DNA from: an uncultured Pseudomonadota bacterium
GTDB lineage: Bacteria; Myxococcota_A; Polyangia; Fen-1088
Direction of reading: 5' to 3'
DNA: 64,000 nucleotides
NCBI GenBank assembly: GCA_963847705.1
Contig: CAWKBC010000017.1
Coordinates: 1-64,000 of the forward strand
Of this stretch, positions 41,143-52,250 are shown one piece after another (the stretch's first letter is position 1; each line of letters begins with the position of its first letter). Position numbers and translations under genes: made by a program. The notes beneath the pieces are model-generated. The model made no database searches. It was not told where the DNA came from and saw only the letters and a list, made by a program, of their open reading frames with translations.

Positions 41143-42228
41143 GTGGCGCGCAAACGACACCAGGACGAGACGGGCCAGCCGGGCGATCCTGGCGCGCCAA
41201 TGGCGGCGCCGCGCGTGATCGCGGGCGGCGCCGGAGAGAATGCGCGCGAGCTCGACGACGACGCGGCGCTGCGCCCGCGCAGCTTCGCGGAGTTCATCGG
41301 GCAGAAAAAGGTCGCCGACAACCTGGCGGTCTACGTTCAGGCGGCGCGCAAGCGTGGGGACGCGCTCGATCACGTTCTCCTCTCCGGACCGCCCGGGCTG
41401 GGGAAGACCACGCTCGCCTATCTGCTGGCGCGCGAGATGGGCTCCGAGGTGCGCGTGACCTCCGGCCCGGCGCTGGAGCGCAAGGGCGATCTGGCCGGGA
41501 TCCTCACCTCGCTCGGCCGCGGCGACGTGCTCTTCATCGACGAGATCCATCGCCTCCAGCCGGTGATCGAGGAGTCGCTCTACCCGGCGATGGAGGACTT
41601 CCGGATCGAGCTCGTGACCGGCACCGGCGCCGGCGCGCGCGCCATCCCGCTGCCGATCGAGCGCTTCACGCTGGTGGGCGCCACCACCCGCACCGGTCAG
41701 CTCGGCTCCCCGCTGCTGTCGCGCTTCGGAATCGTCGAGACCTTCGCCTTCTACTCGGCCGAGGAGCTGACCACCATCGTGCGCCGCTCGGCGCGGCTGC
41801 TCGACATCCCCATCGACGACGCCGGCGCCGAGGAGATCGGCCGCCGCGCCCGCGGAACGCCCCGCATCGCCAACCGCCTCCTGCGCCGCATCCGCGACTT
41901 CGCCGACGTGCGCGGCGACGGCCGCATCACCCGCGACGTCGCCGAGTACGCGCTCGGCCGGCTGGAGGTCGACGCCGCCGGCCTCGACGCCGGCGATCGC
42001 CGGATCCTCTCGACGATCGTGAAAAGGTTCGACGGCGGCCCGGTCGGCATCGACTCGCTCGCCGCGTCTCTGGCGGAGGATCGCGACACGCTCGAGTTCG
42101 TCTACGAGCCCTACCTGATTCAAGAGGGCTTCCTCATCCGCACGCCGCGCGGCCGCCAGATCACCCGCCGCGCCTACGATCACCTGGGGCTACCGCCGCC
42201 GAGCCGCCCGCAGGGGACGCTCTTCTGA
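41143..42228 (+). CDS. ruvB: Holliday junction helicase RuvB
   Basis: [12 protein letters not shown]; GPPGLGKTT; FIDEIHR; [10 protein letters not shown]; EPYLIQ. Confidence 0.96.
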   Translation: MARKRHQDETGQPGDPGAPMAAPRVIAGGAGENARELDDDAALRPRSFAEFIGQKKVADNLAVYVQAARKRGDALDHVLLSGPPGLGKTTLAYLLAREMGSEVRVTSGPALERKGDLAGILTSLGRGDVLFIDEIHRLQPVIEESLYPAMEDFRIELVTGTGAGARAIPLPIERFTLVGATTRTGQLGSPLLSRFGIVETFAFYSAEELTTIVRRSARLLDIPIDDAGAEEIGRRARGTPRIANRLLRRIRDFADVRGDGRITRDVAEYALGRLEVDAAGLDAGDRRILSTIVKRFDGGPVGIDSLAASLAEDRDTLEFVYEPYLIQEGFLIRTPRGRQITRRAYDHLGLPPPSRPQGTLF

Positions 42229-42301
42229 GGCCATTGCGTCCTCGGCCGCAGCGACGACCGCGCGCATTGGACGGAGGGAGCGACCGGAGGATAATCGCTT
42301 C

Positions 42302-43567
42302 GTGAGCGCACCGACCGTCGCCGCGGGCTCACCGACGACAGCGCCGCTGGTCCGCGCGCTCGAACAGCAGCGGGCGCGGGCGGGACGGATGCTGGCCCGC
42401 GTGCGGCTCGTCGGCGTGGGAACGGTCTTGGCGCTGGTCCTCGCCGTCGCTTACGGTGGCGCGCAGGCCGACTGGCGGGTGACGGTCCCGGTGTTCGCGA
42501 CGTACGCCGTCGGCGCGGCGCTGCTGGCGGTCGCCGTCCGCCGCTCGGATCGGGCGGCGATCGGGGCGGGATTCGCGGTGGCCGTGCTCGACGTCCCGTT
42601 GGTCTTCGTCGCCCAGTGGCTGTCGGTGCCGGTGTCGCCGTCACCCGGCGGCGTAGCGGGTTTTGCGCTGGGGATCTTCGTGCTGCTGGTCTTGCTGAGC
42701 ACCCTGTCGCTCAGCCGGCGGCAGACGACGCTGGTCGCCGCCGTCTCCGCCCTCGCCGAGGTGCTCTTGCAGCGCGAGGCCGGAATTCGCCCCGGCGCCT
42801 GGGCGGCGTCGATCGTGGTGCTGGGGTGCGCGGCGGCAGTGGCGGCGCACCTCGTGGCGCGCGTGCGGGCGCTGGTGGGAAACGTCGCCGAGGAGCAGCG
42901 CAAGCGCGAGCGCCTCGGACGCTACTTCTCGCCGTCGGTCGCCGAGCGCCTGCAGACCCAGCGTGACGGCGAGGCCAAGCCCGAGGCGCAGGAGCTGACC
43001 GTGCTCTTCTCGGACATCCGCGACTTCACCGCCACCTCCGCCGCGCTGCCGCCCGGAGAGGTGGTCCGGATGCTCAACGAGTACTACGGGCGGATGGTCG
43101 ACAAGGTGTTCCAGCACGGCGGCACGCTGGACAAGTTCATGGGCGACGGGATCATGGCCTACTTCGGCGCTCCCATTCCCGACGCGGACCACGCCGCCAA
43201 CGCCGTCGACTGCGCGCTGGCGATGATCGACGAGCTCGACGCGCTCAACGCCGTCCGTGCCGCCCGCGGCGCGCCGCCGCTGAGGATCGGCGTCGGTCTT
43301 CACACGGGGGTGGCCGTGGTGGGCGACATCGGGTCCCCCCGGCACCGCCTCGACTACACCGCGATCGGCGACACCGTGAACGTGGCGGCTCGCATCGAGG
43401 GGCTCACGAAGGCGGCAGGGAGCGCGATCCTCGCCTCGCAGACCACGCGCGACCACGCGGCGAGCCGACACGCGTTCCGAGCGCTCGCGCCAATGAGCGT
43501 CCGCGGCAAAGTGGAACCCATGGCGCTGTTTGCGCCCGTACCGACGCCAACGCCGGCTTTGGCATGA
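42302..43567 (+). CDS. Membrane-bound class III adenylate cyclase
   Basis: About 6 TM segments; FSDIRDFT; DKFMGDG; [16 protein letters not shown]; VRGK. Confidence 0.9.
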   Translation: MSAPTVAAGSPTTAPLVRALEQQRARAGRMLARVRLVGVGTVLALVLAVAYGGAQADWRVTVPVFATYAVGAALLAVAVRRSDRAAIGAGFAVAVLDVPLVFVAQWLSVPVSPSPGGVAGFALGIFVLLVLLSTLSLSRRQTTLVAAVSALAEVLLQREAGIRPGAWAASIVVLGCAAAVAAHLVARVRALVGNVAEEQRKRERLGRYFSPSVAERLQTQRDGEAKPEAQELTVLFSDIRDFTATSAALPPGEVVRMLNEYYGRMVDKVFQHGGTLDKFMGDGIMAYFGAPIPDADHAANAVDCALAMIDELDALNAVRAARGAPPLRIGVGLHTGVAVVGDIGSPRHRLDYTAIGDTVNVAARIEGLTKAAGSAILASQTTRDHAASRHAFRALAPMSVRGKVEPMALFAPVPTPTPALA

Positions 43568-43618
43568 CCGAGCGATCCGGTCCGCGGGCTCGGATCGCGT
43601 GTTGGCGGGCGTGCGAGC

Positions 43619-45605
43619 TCAGCCGCCGCCTGGGAGCAACGAGAAGATCGAGGGCACGAGCATCGTCGTGCTGGCGTCCGCCGCCCAGTCGGTCGACCAG
43701 GGATCGGCGGGATCGGGCGCCTGCAGCGTCGGCACGGTGACGCCGGCGGCCGCGCCCTCGTCCGGGCAGAACAGCCCGACATGGAAGGCGTGGCCGTCGA
43801 AGTGCAAATAATGAATCAGCTCCCCGCCGGCGGCGGCGAACGCCGGCTGGGCGCGCCGAACGACCTCCTTGGCGATCGCGAACGGCGCCGGCGCGCTCGA
43901 GTAGACGTAGTCCTGGAGCCCGGTCTCGCGCACCAGCACCCGAGAGCCGACCAGCGCGTTCAGGTCGCCGGGATCGTAGTACTCGCGCGCGTCGCCCCGC
44001 TGCCACATCCAGCAAGGGTGGTTCCCGTGCAGACTCATGATCGCCAGGTCCGAGGGGTTGCCCGCGGCGAAGGTCACGGCGACGCGCGGGTCCATCGCGG
44101 CGACCCAATCGGTGATCTCGCCGCCCATCGACAGCCCGACAGCGACGACGCCGCTGGGGTTCACGTCGGTCCGCCCCAGCAGGTAGTCGAGCCCCCGCAT
44201 CACATCCCAGGCGCGCTCGCCGTCCTCTTCCCAGTCGGAGCTCATGCCCGGCGGTTCGATGGCGGGATGCGTTCCGTTCCCCGTACCGGGATCGTCGCCA
44301 TCCAGGTAGTCGCCGTACACCGACGCGCGATCGGCCAGGGGTCGGTGACCGATGTCGATGGCCAGCACCAGGAACCCGCGCCGCGCGAACGAGTCGCCGT
44401 ACCAGTAGAGCCCCTGGGGATCGAACGTGTCGTAGCCGCTGCCGCCGTGCCCGTTCATGGCCAGCACCACGGGATATCCGCCCGCGGGGGGCGGGGACGC
44501 CGGAACGGCCAGGTAGCCGTGCGCGTGGCGGGTCAGCGATTCGCCGTCCCAGGGACCGGGCAGCGTGCTGTCGAAGGCCAGCTCCTCGAGCAGGTAGCTC
44601 TGTGGCCAGCTCGCGTCGTCGTCGTCGCGGTCGCCGTCGTCGCCAGCAACAAGAGAAATGGGTGTGCTGGCGCTGAGCTGCGAGACCTGTGTCTCGGTCG
44701 GGCGGGGGTTGCCGCCGAGCTCGAGCAGCCCCAGCCGTGCGCGCGTGCGGGCTTGCCAGTCGCCAATCTCCTGCGCCGAGCGCGTCCCCAACCCGTGGGT
44801 CAGGACCTCGATGCGCGTGCTGCTCCAAGCCGCGGGCGCCCCGCTCGCGGCCGTCACCGTTCCGGCCAGCGTCCGTCCCGTCTCGACGCCGGTGTACACG
44901 GGCTGCCCCGGCGCGGCGGGGCGAGCGAACGTCAGAATCGTAACCGTCCCACTGCTGGACCTGAACGTCCTCGGAGGGCTGCTCGTCCAGCGCGCCGTCG
45001 GTCGCGTAGGGCTTCAAGGTCCCGACAAGCGTCGTCGATCCTGAGGCGGGCCCATCGACGCGCAGCACGGCCTGCGTGTGTCCGTCGAGCGAGATGTCCC
45101 AGACGCGCGCCGCGTCCCGGAACGTCTCATCGCGCCAACCCGTGAGCCGTCCGGTGTAGTCGCCCAGCGTCGTCGGTGCCGGCCCGCCCTGTGAGACGGC
45201 ATACCGCCCCGCGAGGACGCCGTCGGTCACCAGCACCTGGTAGCTGACCGTCTGGGTCGGTTCCGTCACCTGGAAACGAAGGAGCCCGCCGTGTCTGAAC
45301 TGGGCCCCGGCGATTGGGCTCGCGGCGGCGCCGGTCGTCTCGGCGAGCGTGCTGCCCGCGATCCGCCCGCTGGCCTGATCCTCGGTGATGAGCAGCGTGA
45401 TGCGCTCGCCGTCGCGATTCAGATACCAGTGTCCGGCCACTTCGGACGCAGGGTGCAGGTTGGAGATCGCCGCCGAGAACGTCGGCTTGGAACGCGGCGC
45501 TCCCGCGGTCGGGGTCTGAATCGTCCCATCACAAGCCGCCAGCGCGACCGACAGTGCCATCGCGCAGGCGCACAGTCCCCGGAGCTCGGCGCGCAACTGG
45601 GCCAT
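43619..45605 (-). CDS. Secreted lipoprotein alpha/beta hydrolase with N-terminal beta repeats; +1 frameshift near 44942
   Basis: Lipobox LAAC; removing one T joins QWDG to TILTFARP..; PVVLAMNGHGG; VGLSMGG nucleophile; DGHAF. Confidence 0.72.
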
Positions 45606-45716
45606 CGGTCACGACGGACACGGCGTGAGGTCGCTTGGTAAGATCGTGACCCAGCTCATGCCCAGGAGTCGTGGCGCCTGGTGAACCGTGCGGGCGGCGT
45701 CCTGACGGCAGAGCGG

Positions 45717-46601
45717 TCAGTCGCGCGGCAGGTCGAGCGTTCCGGTGAACGCGATCCGCGCCGGACCGCGCAGCCGCACGCCGGTGTAGTCGGGGGCCAC
45801 GGTGATCGACAGCGTTCCGCCCGGGAGATGCACCGGCGTCTCCGCGCCGGGCGCGAGCCGCTCTTCGAGGCAGGCGGCCACGACGGTGGCGCAGGCGCCG
45901 GTGCCGCAGGCCAGGGTGAGGCCGCTGCCGCGCTCCCAGACCACCAGATCGATCGCGCTGCCGCGCACGCGGGCGAACTCGACGTTGGTGCGGCGGGGGA
46001 AGCGGTCGGCCACCTCGAGGGTCGGGCCGTAGGTCTCGGCCAGCGCGCGCAGCTCCTCGTCGCCGTCGACGAAGATCACTGCGTGGGGGTTGCCCATCGA
46101 GACGGCGGTGAAGCGGAAGTCGCGCTCGCGCGCGCGGATTGACTCGCGCAGCGCGCGCGTTTCGCCCGCGGGCAGAAGCGGGATCTCGCTGCGGGTGAGG
46201 CGCGGGCGCCCCATCTCCTCGGTCACGTTGGTGACGACGCCGTTCACCACCTCCAGCGTACAGGTGAGCACGCCGGCGCCGGTCTCGATCCGCAGCGTCG
46301 GGCGCCGCAGGGCCGGGTCGGATTCGTAGAGCACCTTGGCCACGCAGCGCAGGCCATTGCCGCACATCTCGGCCTCGCTGCCGTCCGCGTTGAGCACGCG
46401 CATGCGCGCGTCGCCGCTGGTGCTCGGCAAGATCGCCAGCACACCGTCGGCGCCGACGCCGAAGTGGCGGTCGCAGATCTCGCGCACGACGTTCGGATCC
46501 TGAACGGCGGCAGCACCGCCGGAGGCGGGCTGACCGGGGCGCAGATCGACGACGACGAAGTCGTTCCCGGTCCCCTCGGCTTTGACGAACGGAAGCGGCA
46601 T
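45717..46601 (-). CDS. dapF: Diaminopimelate epimerase
   Basis: GTGNDF; GVGADG; EMCGNG; MGNPH; ERGSGLTLACGTG. Confidence 0.95.
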   Translation of the reverse strand: MPLPFVKAEGTGNDFVVVDLRPGQPASGGAAAVQDPNVVREICDRHFGVGADGVLAILPSTSGDARMRVLNADGSEAEMCGNGLRCVAKVLYESDPALRRPTLRIETGAGVLTCTLEVVNGVVTNVTEEMGRPRLTRSEIPLLPAGETRALRESIRARERDFRFTAVSMGNPHAVIFVDGDEELRALAETYGPTLEVADRFPRRTNVEFARVRGSAIDLVVWERGSGLTLACGTGACATVVAACLEERLAPGAETPVHLPGGTLSITVAPDYTGVRLRGPARIAFTGTLDLPRD

Positions 46602-46618
46602 GGTGCCCGCTCGGTAGT

Positions 46619-47224
46619 CTACGGGGTCGAGGGCGCCGGTGCCGGCTCGGCCGGCTTCTCGGCCTTGGCGGGGGCGTCCGCGGCGGGCTGGCCGTCGGCG
46701 GGCGGGGCGTGCTTGCGCTTGCGCGTCGTCGCGGTCGGCTTCTCCGTCCCCTTGGCCTTGGCGGTCGGCTTGGCCTCGTCCTTGGCGGGCGCCGCGGGCG
46801 CCTCCGGGGCCGTCGGCTCACTCGTTGCGGGCGCAGCCGGCACGGCCGCTCCGGCCGCTGCGCCGCCGGCCGTCTTCTCGACGCTCTCGCGGGCCTTCTC
46901 GAGGTCGATCTTCAGCTTCTCGGCCCGCGCGTCGTCGGCCTTCTTCTCGGCCGACTTGCGCTCCGCCAGCCTCTGCAGCCGCCGCGAATCCTGCTGGCTG
47001 GAGAAGTGCGCCAGCCCGAGCGACGTCAGCAGGAACAGGAATGCCGTGATCGACGTGAGCCGGGTCAGGAAGTTCCCCGCCCCCGACGAGCCGAAGACAG
47101 TTTGGCTGCCACCGCCGCCGCCGAACGCGATCCCCATGCCGCCGCCCTTTCCGGCTTGCAGCAGCACGACCAGGATCAGGAACAGGCAGACGATGACGTG
47201 AAGGACAGTCAGAAACGTGATCAT
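46619..47224 (-). CDS. secG: Preprotein translocase SecG with long C-terminal extension
   Basis: VLLQAGKGGGMG..FG..GAGNFLTRLT; downstream of tpiA. Confidence 0.9.
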   Translation of the reverse strand: MITFLTVLHVIVCLFLILVVLLQAGKGGGMGIAFGGGGGSQTVFGSSGAGNFLTRLTSITAFLFLLTSLGLAHFSSQQDSRRLQRLAERKSAEKKADDARAEKLKIDLEKARESVEKTAGGAAAGAAVPAAPATSEPTAPEAPAAPAKDEAKPTAKAKGTEKPTATTRKRKHAPPADGQPAADAPAKAEKPAEPAPAPSTP

Positions 47225-47988
47225 GAAGCGGAGCCCTCTTTCACAAGACGAACGAACGATTCGGCCGACAGGGAGGCGCCGCCGACCAGGCCGCCGTCGA
47301 CGTCCTCCTCGGCCATGAGCGCGCGGATGTTGTCGGGCTTGACGCTGCCGCCATAGAGAATGCGCAGCTTGGGCGCCAACGCCGCTGCGCGCAAGGCGAG
47401 GCGGGTTCGAATGAAGTGGTGCACCTCTTGCGCCTGCGCCGGCGTCGCGTTGCGCCCGGTGCCGATCGCCCAGACGGGCTCGTAGGCGATCACGATCCGC
47501 TCCAGCTCCGCGTCGGTCATGTCGACGAGGGCGCCCTCGAGCTGGGCCTGGATGCGGCCCAGGGTCTCGCCCGCGTCGCGCTCGGCCAGCGTCTCGCCGA
47601 TGCAGACGACGGGCGTGAGACCTGCGCGCAGCGCCGCGCGCGACTTGAGGTTGACGGCCGCGTCCAGCTCGCCGAAGAGCTGCCGGCGCTCCGAGTGGCC
47701 GACGATCACCAGCTTGCAGCCGGCGTCGGCGAGCTGCGAGGGCGCCACCTCGCCGGTGAACGCGCCTTTCTCTTCCCAGAAACAGTCCTGCGCAGCCACC
47801 ATCACCGGGCCGTCCTTCAGCCGCGTGGCCACCGCGTGGAGCGCCGTGAAGCTGGGCGCCACGGCGACGTCGACGTCGCGCACCGACGCCACGCCGTCGC
47901 GCACCTCAGTGGCCAGCGTCAACGACTCGGCGATCGAGCCGTTCAGCTTCCAGTTGCCGCAAAAAAATGCCCGCCGCGTCCTCGCCAT
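47221..47988 (-). CDS. tpiA: Triosephosphate isomerase
   Basis: GNWK; GHSERR; AYEPVWAIGTG; YGGSVK; LVGGASL. Confidence 0.97.
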   Translation of the reverse strand: MARTRRAFFCGNWKLNGSIAESLTLATEVRDGVASVRDVDVAVAPSFTALHAVATRLKDGPVMVAAQDCFWEEKGAFTGEVAPSQLADAGCKLVIVGHSERRQLFGELDAAVNLKSRAALRAGLTPVVCIGETLAERDAGETLGRIQAQLEGALVDMTDAELERIVIAYEPVWAIGTGRNATPAQAQEVHHFIRTRLALRAAALAPKLRILYGGSVKPDNIRALMAEEDVDGGLVGGASLSAESFVRLVKEGSAS

Positions 47989-47999
47989 GGGATCCTCTT

Positions 48000-49187
<1,188 letters not shown>

Positions 49188-49229
49188 CTCGAAAGCTCTC
49201 GTTTTTCCAACCACTGGAGCGCTTTGGAC

Positions 49230-49258
49230 AAAAAAAAGCGCGCCCGGTCGGGGCGCGC
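49230..49258 (-). terminator. Intrinsic (Rho-independent) terminator
   Basis: Minus strand GCGCGCCC-CGACC-GGGCGCGC followed by T8. Confidence 0.8.
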
Positions 49259-49294
49259 GAAGAATGCTAGAACAGGCCTGGAAAAGCTAGAAAA

Positions 49295-49516
49295 TTAGTC
49301 CAGATCGAGGTCCGTGGTGACGAGGCTGATGATCTCGCTCGCCAGCGCCACAATCTGTTTCGGCTCGTAGCCGTTCTCGCGGAGCTCCTTGTAGATGGAC
49401 TTCGAGAGAATTTGCAGCGCTTTCTCCCGGTTCGGAGCTGGGGCAGCCGGAATAAGAGTGGCCGCCTGCGTTTTGATGTCGGTGACAGATGTCGATTGGG
49501 TTACGGCCTGTGCCAT
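49295..49516 (-). CDS. Small (73 aa) hypothetical protein
   Basis: Strong SD GGAGGAGG; MAQAVTQ..REKALQILSKSIYKELRENGYEPKQIVALASEIISLV; own promoter and terminator. Confidence 0.75.
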   Translation of the reverse strand: MAQAVTQSTSVTDIKTQAATLIPAAPAPNREKALQILSKSIYKELRENGYEPKQIVALASEIISLVTTDLDLD

Positions 49517-49552
49517 TTGGAACCCTCCTCCCAGAAGGTCGCGCGGATTTCT

Positions 49553-49568
49553 AGCACGGGACATGCCA
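49553..49568 (-). promoter_or_regulatory. Sigma-54 (-24/-12) promoter of the small gene
   Basis: TGGCATGTCCCGTGCT = GG-N10-GC with TGGCA..TGCT flanks; 36 bp before the ATG. Confidence 0.7.
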
Positions 49569-49583
49569 GATTCAATTGCTAGA

Positions 49584-49596
49584 TAACATGCTGAAA
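49584..49596. promoter_or_regulatory. IHF-like binding site
   Basis: TAACATGCTGAAA vs YAANNNNTTGATW (2 mismatches), in an AT-rich patch just upstream of the sigma-54 site. Confidence 0.45.
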
Positions 49597-49867
49597 CTAT
49601 TAGCTACTTATCCTCGAAACAAGACTCTGGCGCGAAGCCGGCTACGCACCATGGTTCAGGGCTTTGAGGCATTCGAAATCGCGAGAACCGTGGTTTTCCC
49701 GACGAACAGACGTGACCGGGGCGTCACAGGAGGGGCCGCGCACAATCGGGCAGGCTCCCGCCAGGGGTGCGAAAGATATTTTGCATGCGCATCCCATCGA
49801 CGCGTTCTCACGCTATCAATCTCCTCGTTTTCAAACGGGCTGCTATGCTACGGCTCCGAGGTCAGCC

Positions 49868-50932
49868 GTGAAGCAGTCCCAGTCGATCGAGATCGCGTAT
49901 CTCATCAACGGTGAGGTGGTTTCGGTGCGGCGCCTGTCCAAGCGCAGCGAGTGGCGCAGCGCGCTCGCGGCGTTCGGGCTGGTCGCGCTGATGTCGGCGG
50001 CCGCCGCGGCGATCGTGGCCGTGGCGATGCTGGCGGCGCACCGGGTGCTGTTCATCCCGACGTACTTCGGTCTTTGGGCGGCGGTCTGCTTCGGCGCCGC
50101 TGCGCTGGCGGCGACGCGCGCCGCGCACCGGGCCCGCTCGTACAACATCGGGGCGGCCATCGACGACGACGCGTTCTCGGCGCTGGCGCTGCCGCTCGTG
50201 CGCCGAACGCCCGCCGGCTACCGGCTGGCGATCGTTCCCGGCTTCACCGGCCGCATCGACGGCGACCGGGCGCCGATGGCGGTCGAGGGGTTGGCCCGCG
50301 GAGAACGCGGGACCGATCTGCCGCTCGAGATCGGCATGCGCGCCGAGGTGGTCTTCGGTCAGGCGACCTTCGTGGTTCGCGCGTTCGCCGACGTCGGTCC
50401 GGCCCCCGCACCGCCCGTGGGCTTTGTCCGCCGGTTCGCCCGCCGTGCGTTCCTGCCGCTGGAGCTGGCGGCGCTCGCCAGCATCTTCTGCGCGGTGCCG
50501 GTGGGCGCGCAGATCGCCGACGCCGACATGAAGTCGGCCATCTCCTCGCGCGCCACCCCCTGGGAGATCGAAAAGGCCCTGCGCGCCGAGGCGCAGACGC
50601 AGGCGCGCTCGCTCCACCAGTGCTTCGACGTCCTGCCGATCTCCTGCCAGCACTCGGGGTACGTGGGGGTGGGGGTGTCGCTGTCGCGTGAGGGGGAGAT
50701 GCGCGATCACTGGATCGCGCGTTCGACCTACAGCGCCGACTGCCCGGTCGAGCAGTGCATGTCGGATGTGGTGTCGACCTGGTTCTTCGAGCCGCTGCCG
50801 GCTTCGATGCGCGTGATCCTGCCGGTACAGGTCCTGCGCACCGACAAGCCGCTGCCGTACGGACAGGCGCGGGCCGCCGCCGATCTCCAGCGGACCACCG
50901 CCCGTCAGAAGGTCGCGAGCAGCGTCAATTGA
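49868..50932 (+). CDS. Membrane protein with AgmX/PglI-like (TonB-C-like) C-terminal domain
   Basis: TM segments; LHQCF..GYVGVGVSL..VEQCMSDVVSTWFF; start codon uncertain. Confidence 0.6.
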   Translation: MKQSQSIEIAYLINGEVVSVRRLSKRSEWRSALAAFGLVALMSAAAAAIVAVAMLAAHRVLFIPTYFGLWAAVCFGAAALAATRAAHRARSYNIGAAIDDDAFSALALPLVRRTPAGYRLAIVPGFTGRIDGDRAPMAVEGLARGERGTDLPLEIGMRAEVVFGQATFVVRAFADVGPAPAPPVGFVRRFARRAFLPLELAALASIFCAVPVGAQIADADMKSAISSRATPWEIEKALRAEAQTQARSLHQCFDVLPISCQHSGYVGVGVSLSREGEMRDHWIARSTYSADCPVEQCMSDVVSTWFFEPLPASMRVILPVQVLRTDKPLPYGQARAAADLQRTTARQKVASSVN

Positions 50933-51255
50933 GCGACGGTCCTGCGCCCAACGGACCCCACCACCCGGGTCCGGCCGAAGAGGAGCGGCAGGAGCTCGAG
51001 CTCATCGAAGCCGTCTATGAGTTCCCCGGCGACTTCTCGCTCTCGGTGATCGCCCGCAACGAGCAATCGGTCGTGGACGCCGTGCTCGCGGCCGCCGCCG
51101 CAGAGGGGCGCACGCTGCGATCGCATCAGCGGCAGGAGTCGTCCGGCGGGAAGTACGTCAGCCACCGCCTGGAGGTGCGCGTCGGCAGCGCCATCGAGGC
51201 GCACGCGCTCCGCGCGCGGCTCCGTGCCATCGACGGCGTGAAGACGGTCCTCTAG
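50929..51255 (+). CDS. DUF493 / YbeD-like protein
   Basis: YEFPGDFSLSVI..ESSGGKYVS..IDGVKTVL. Confidence 0.8.
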   Translation: MSDGPAPNGPHHPGPAEEERQELELIEAVYEFPGDFSLSVIARNEQSVVDAVLAAAAAEGRTLRSHQRQESSGGKYVSHRLEVRVGSAIEAHALRARLRAIDGVKTVL

Positions 51256-51262
51256 CGGCAGA

Positions 51263-51715
51263 TCATTTCGCGCGGGAGGCGATGATGCGCAGGGTTTCAC
51301 GCAGAGAGGCCAGGCGTGCGGCACCGACAGCGTCTTCCCATTCGTGCTCGACCTCCCGCACCAGCCTCCGCGCCAGCCGGCCCGCCGCGCGCCCCTTCGC
51401 CGACAGGCAGACCAGGCGGGCGCGCGCGTCGGAAGGGTCGGGGACGCGCTCGACATAGCCCGCCGCCTCCATCGCGTCGACCATCTCGCCCATCGACTGC
51501 TTGGTGATCCGCGCGCGTCTGGCCAGCTCAGTCACGCGGATGCCGCCGGGCTCGTCCCAGAGCGGCTGGGTGGCCGGGGTCTGCAGCGGTGGGAGCTTCG
51601 CGGCGCGAAAGCCCTCCTCGATGCGCGTCATCACCGCCTGGTGGCAGACGCGCAGCAGAGCTCCCAAGAGAGGTCCCTGGTCGGCGAGGCGGGGGGGCTC
51701 AGATCGCGCTTGCAT
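51263..51715 (-). CDS. MarR family transcriptional regulator
   Basis: ELARRARITKQSMGEMVDAME..YVERVPDPSDARARLV. Confidence 0.9.
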   Translation of the reverse strand: MQARSEPPRLADQGPLLGALLRVCHQAVMTRIEEGFRAAKLPPLQTPATQPLWDEPGGIRVTELARRARITKQSMGEMVDAMEAAGYVERVPDPSDARARLVCLSAKGRAAGRLARRLVREVEHEWEDAVGAARLASLRETLRIIASRAK

Positions 51716-51720
51716 GATGG

Positions 51721-51759
51721 TAAGGTATACCTTATTAACTAGACAGGCAAACCTGACTA
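51721..51759. promoter_or_regulatory. Two palindromic operators between the divergent marR and cupin genes
   Basis: TAAGGTATACCTTA (perfect) and TAGACAGG-CAAA-CCTGACTA. Confidence 0.7.
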
Positions 51760-51809
51760 AACGGCAGGAGTCGCAGTTGCCGACGACAATGACAATGAGA
51801 GGAGCCTCG

Positions 51810-52250
51810 ATGGGACCGATCAAAGGCGAAGAGATCCGGCTGGGGCAGATCCTGGTGACGTTTTTTGCTTCGGGCGAAGAGACGGAGGGGCACGCCGACG
51901 TGTTCGAAGTTCTGGTGCCTCCGGGCGCCCGGGTCCCGATCGCTCATCACCACGTCGAGGTCGACGAGGTGGTCTACGTCCTCGAGGGGATCCTCACTTA
52001 CCGAGTCGGCGAGACGCCGTACGAGGTGAACGCCGGCGATCGCGTGTTTGCGCCCAAGGGCGTCGAGCACCACTTTGCCAACCTCCACGGCTCGCCGGCA
52101 CGGTTCCTCAGCATCCTGACACCGGCAAAGATCGGGCCCAAGTTTTTCCGGGAGGTCGCTGGCCTCGCCGCTGCCGGGCCGCCAGCGCCCGCGTTGGTGG
52201 CCGAGGCGATGCTTCGCCACGGCCTCGTGCCCGCCGCACCGCCCGTCTAA
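51810..52250 (+). CDS. Cupin domain protein
   Basis: AHHHVEVDE..VLEG..PKGVEHHFAN; AGGAG SD. Confidence 0.85.
   Translation: MGPIKGEEIRLGQILVTFFASGEETEGHADVFEVLVPPGARVPIAHHHVEVDEVVYVLEGILTYRVGETPYEVNAGDRVFAPKGVEHHFANLHGSPARFLSILTPAKIGPKFFREVAGLAAAGPPAPALVAEAMLRHGLVPAAPPV

Noticed and set aside
49628-49643. Second sigma-54 promoter on the plus strand (TGGCGCGAAGCCGGCT)
   Set aside because: GG-N10-GC spacing fits, but the -12 flank is poor and it lies over 200 bp from the probable start; too weak to call.
49576-49914. 112-aa ORF in the lower-GC intergenic region
   Set aside because: Atypical codon usage; overlaps promoter elements.
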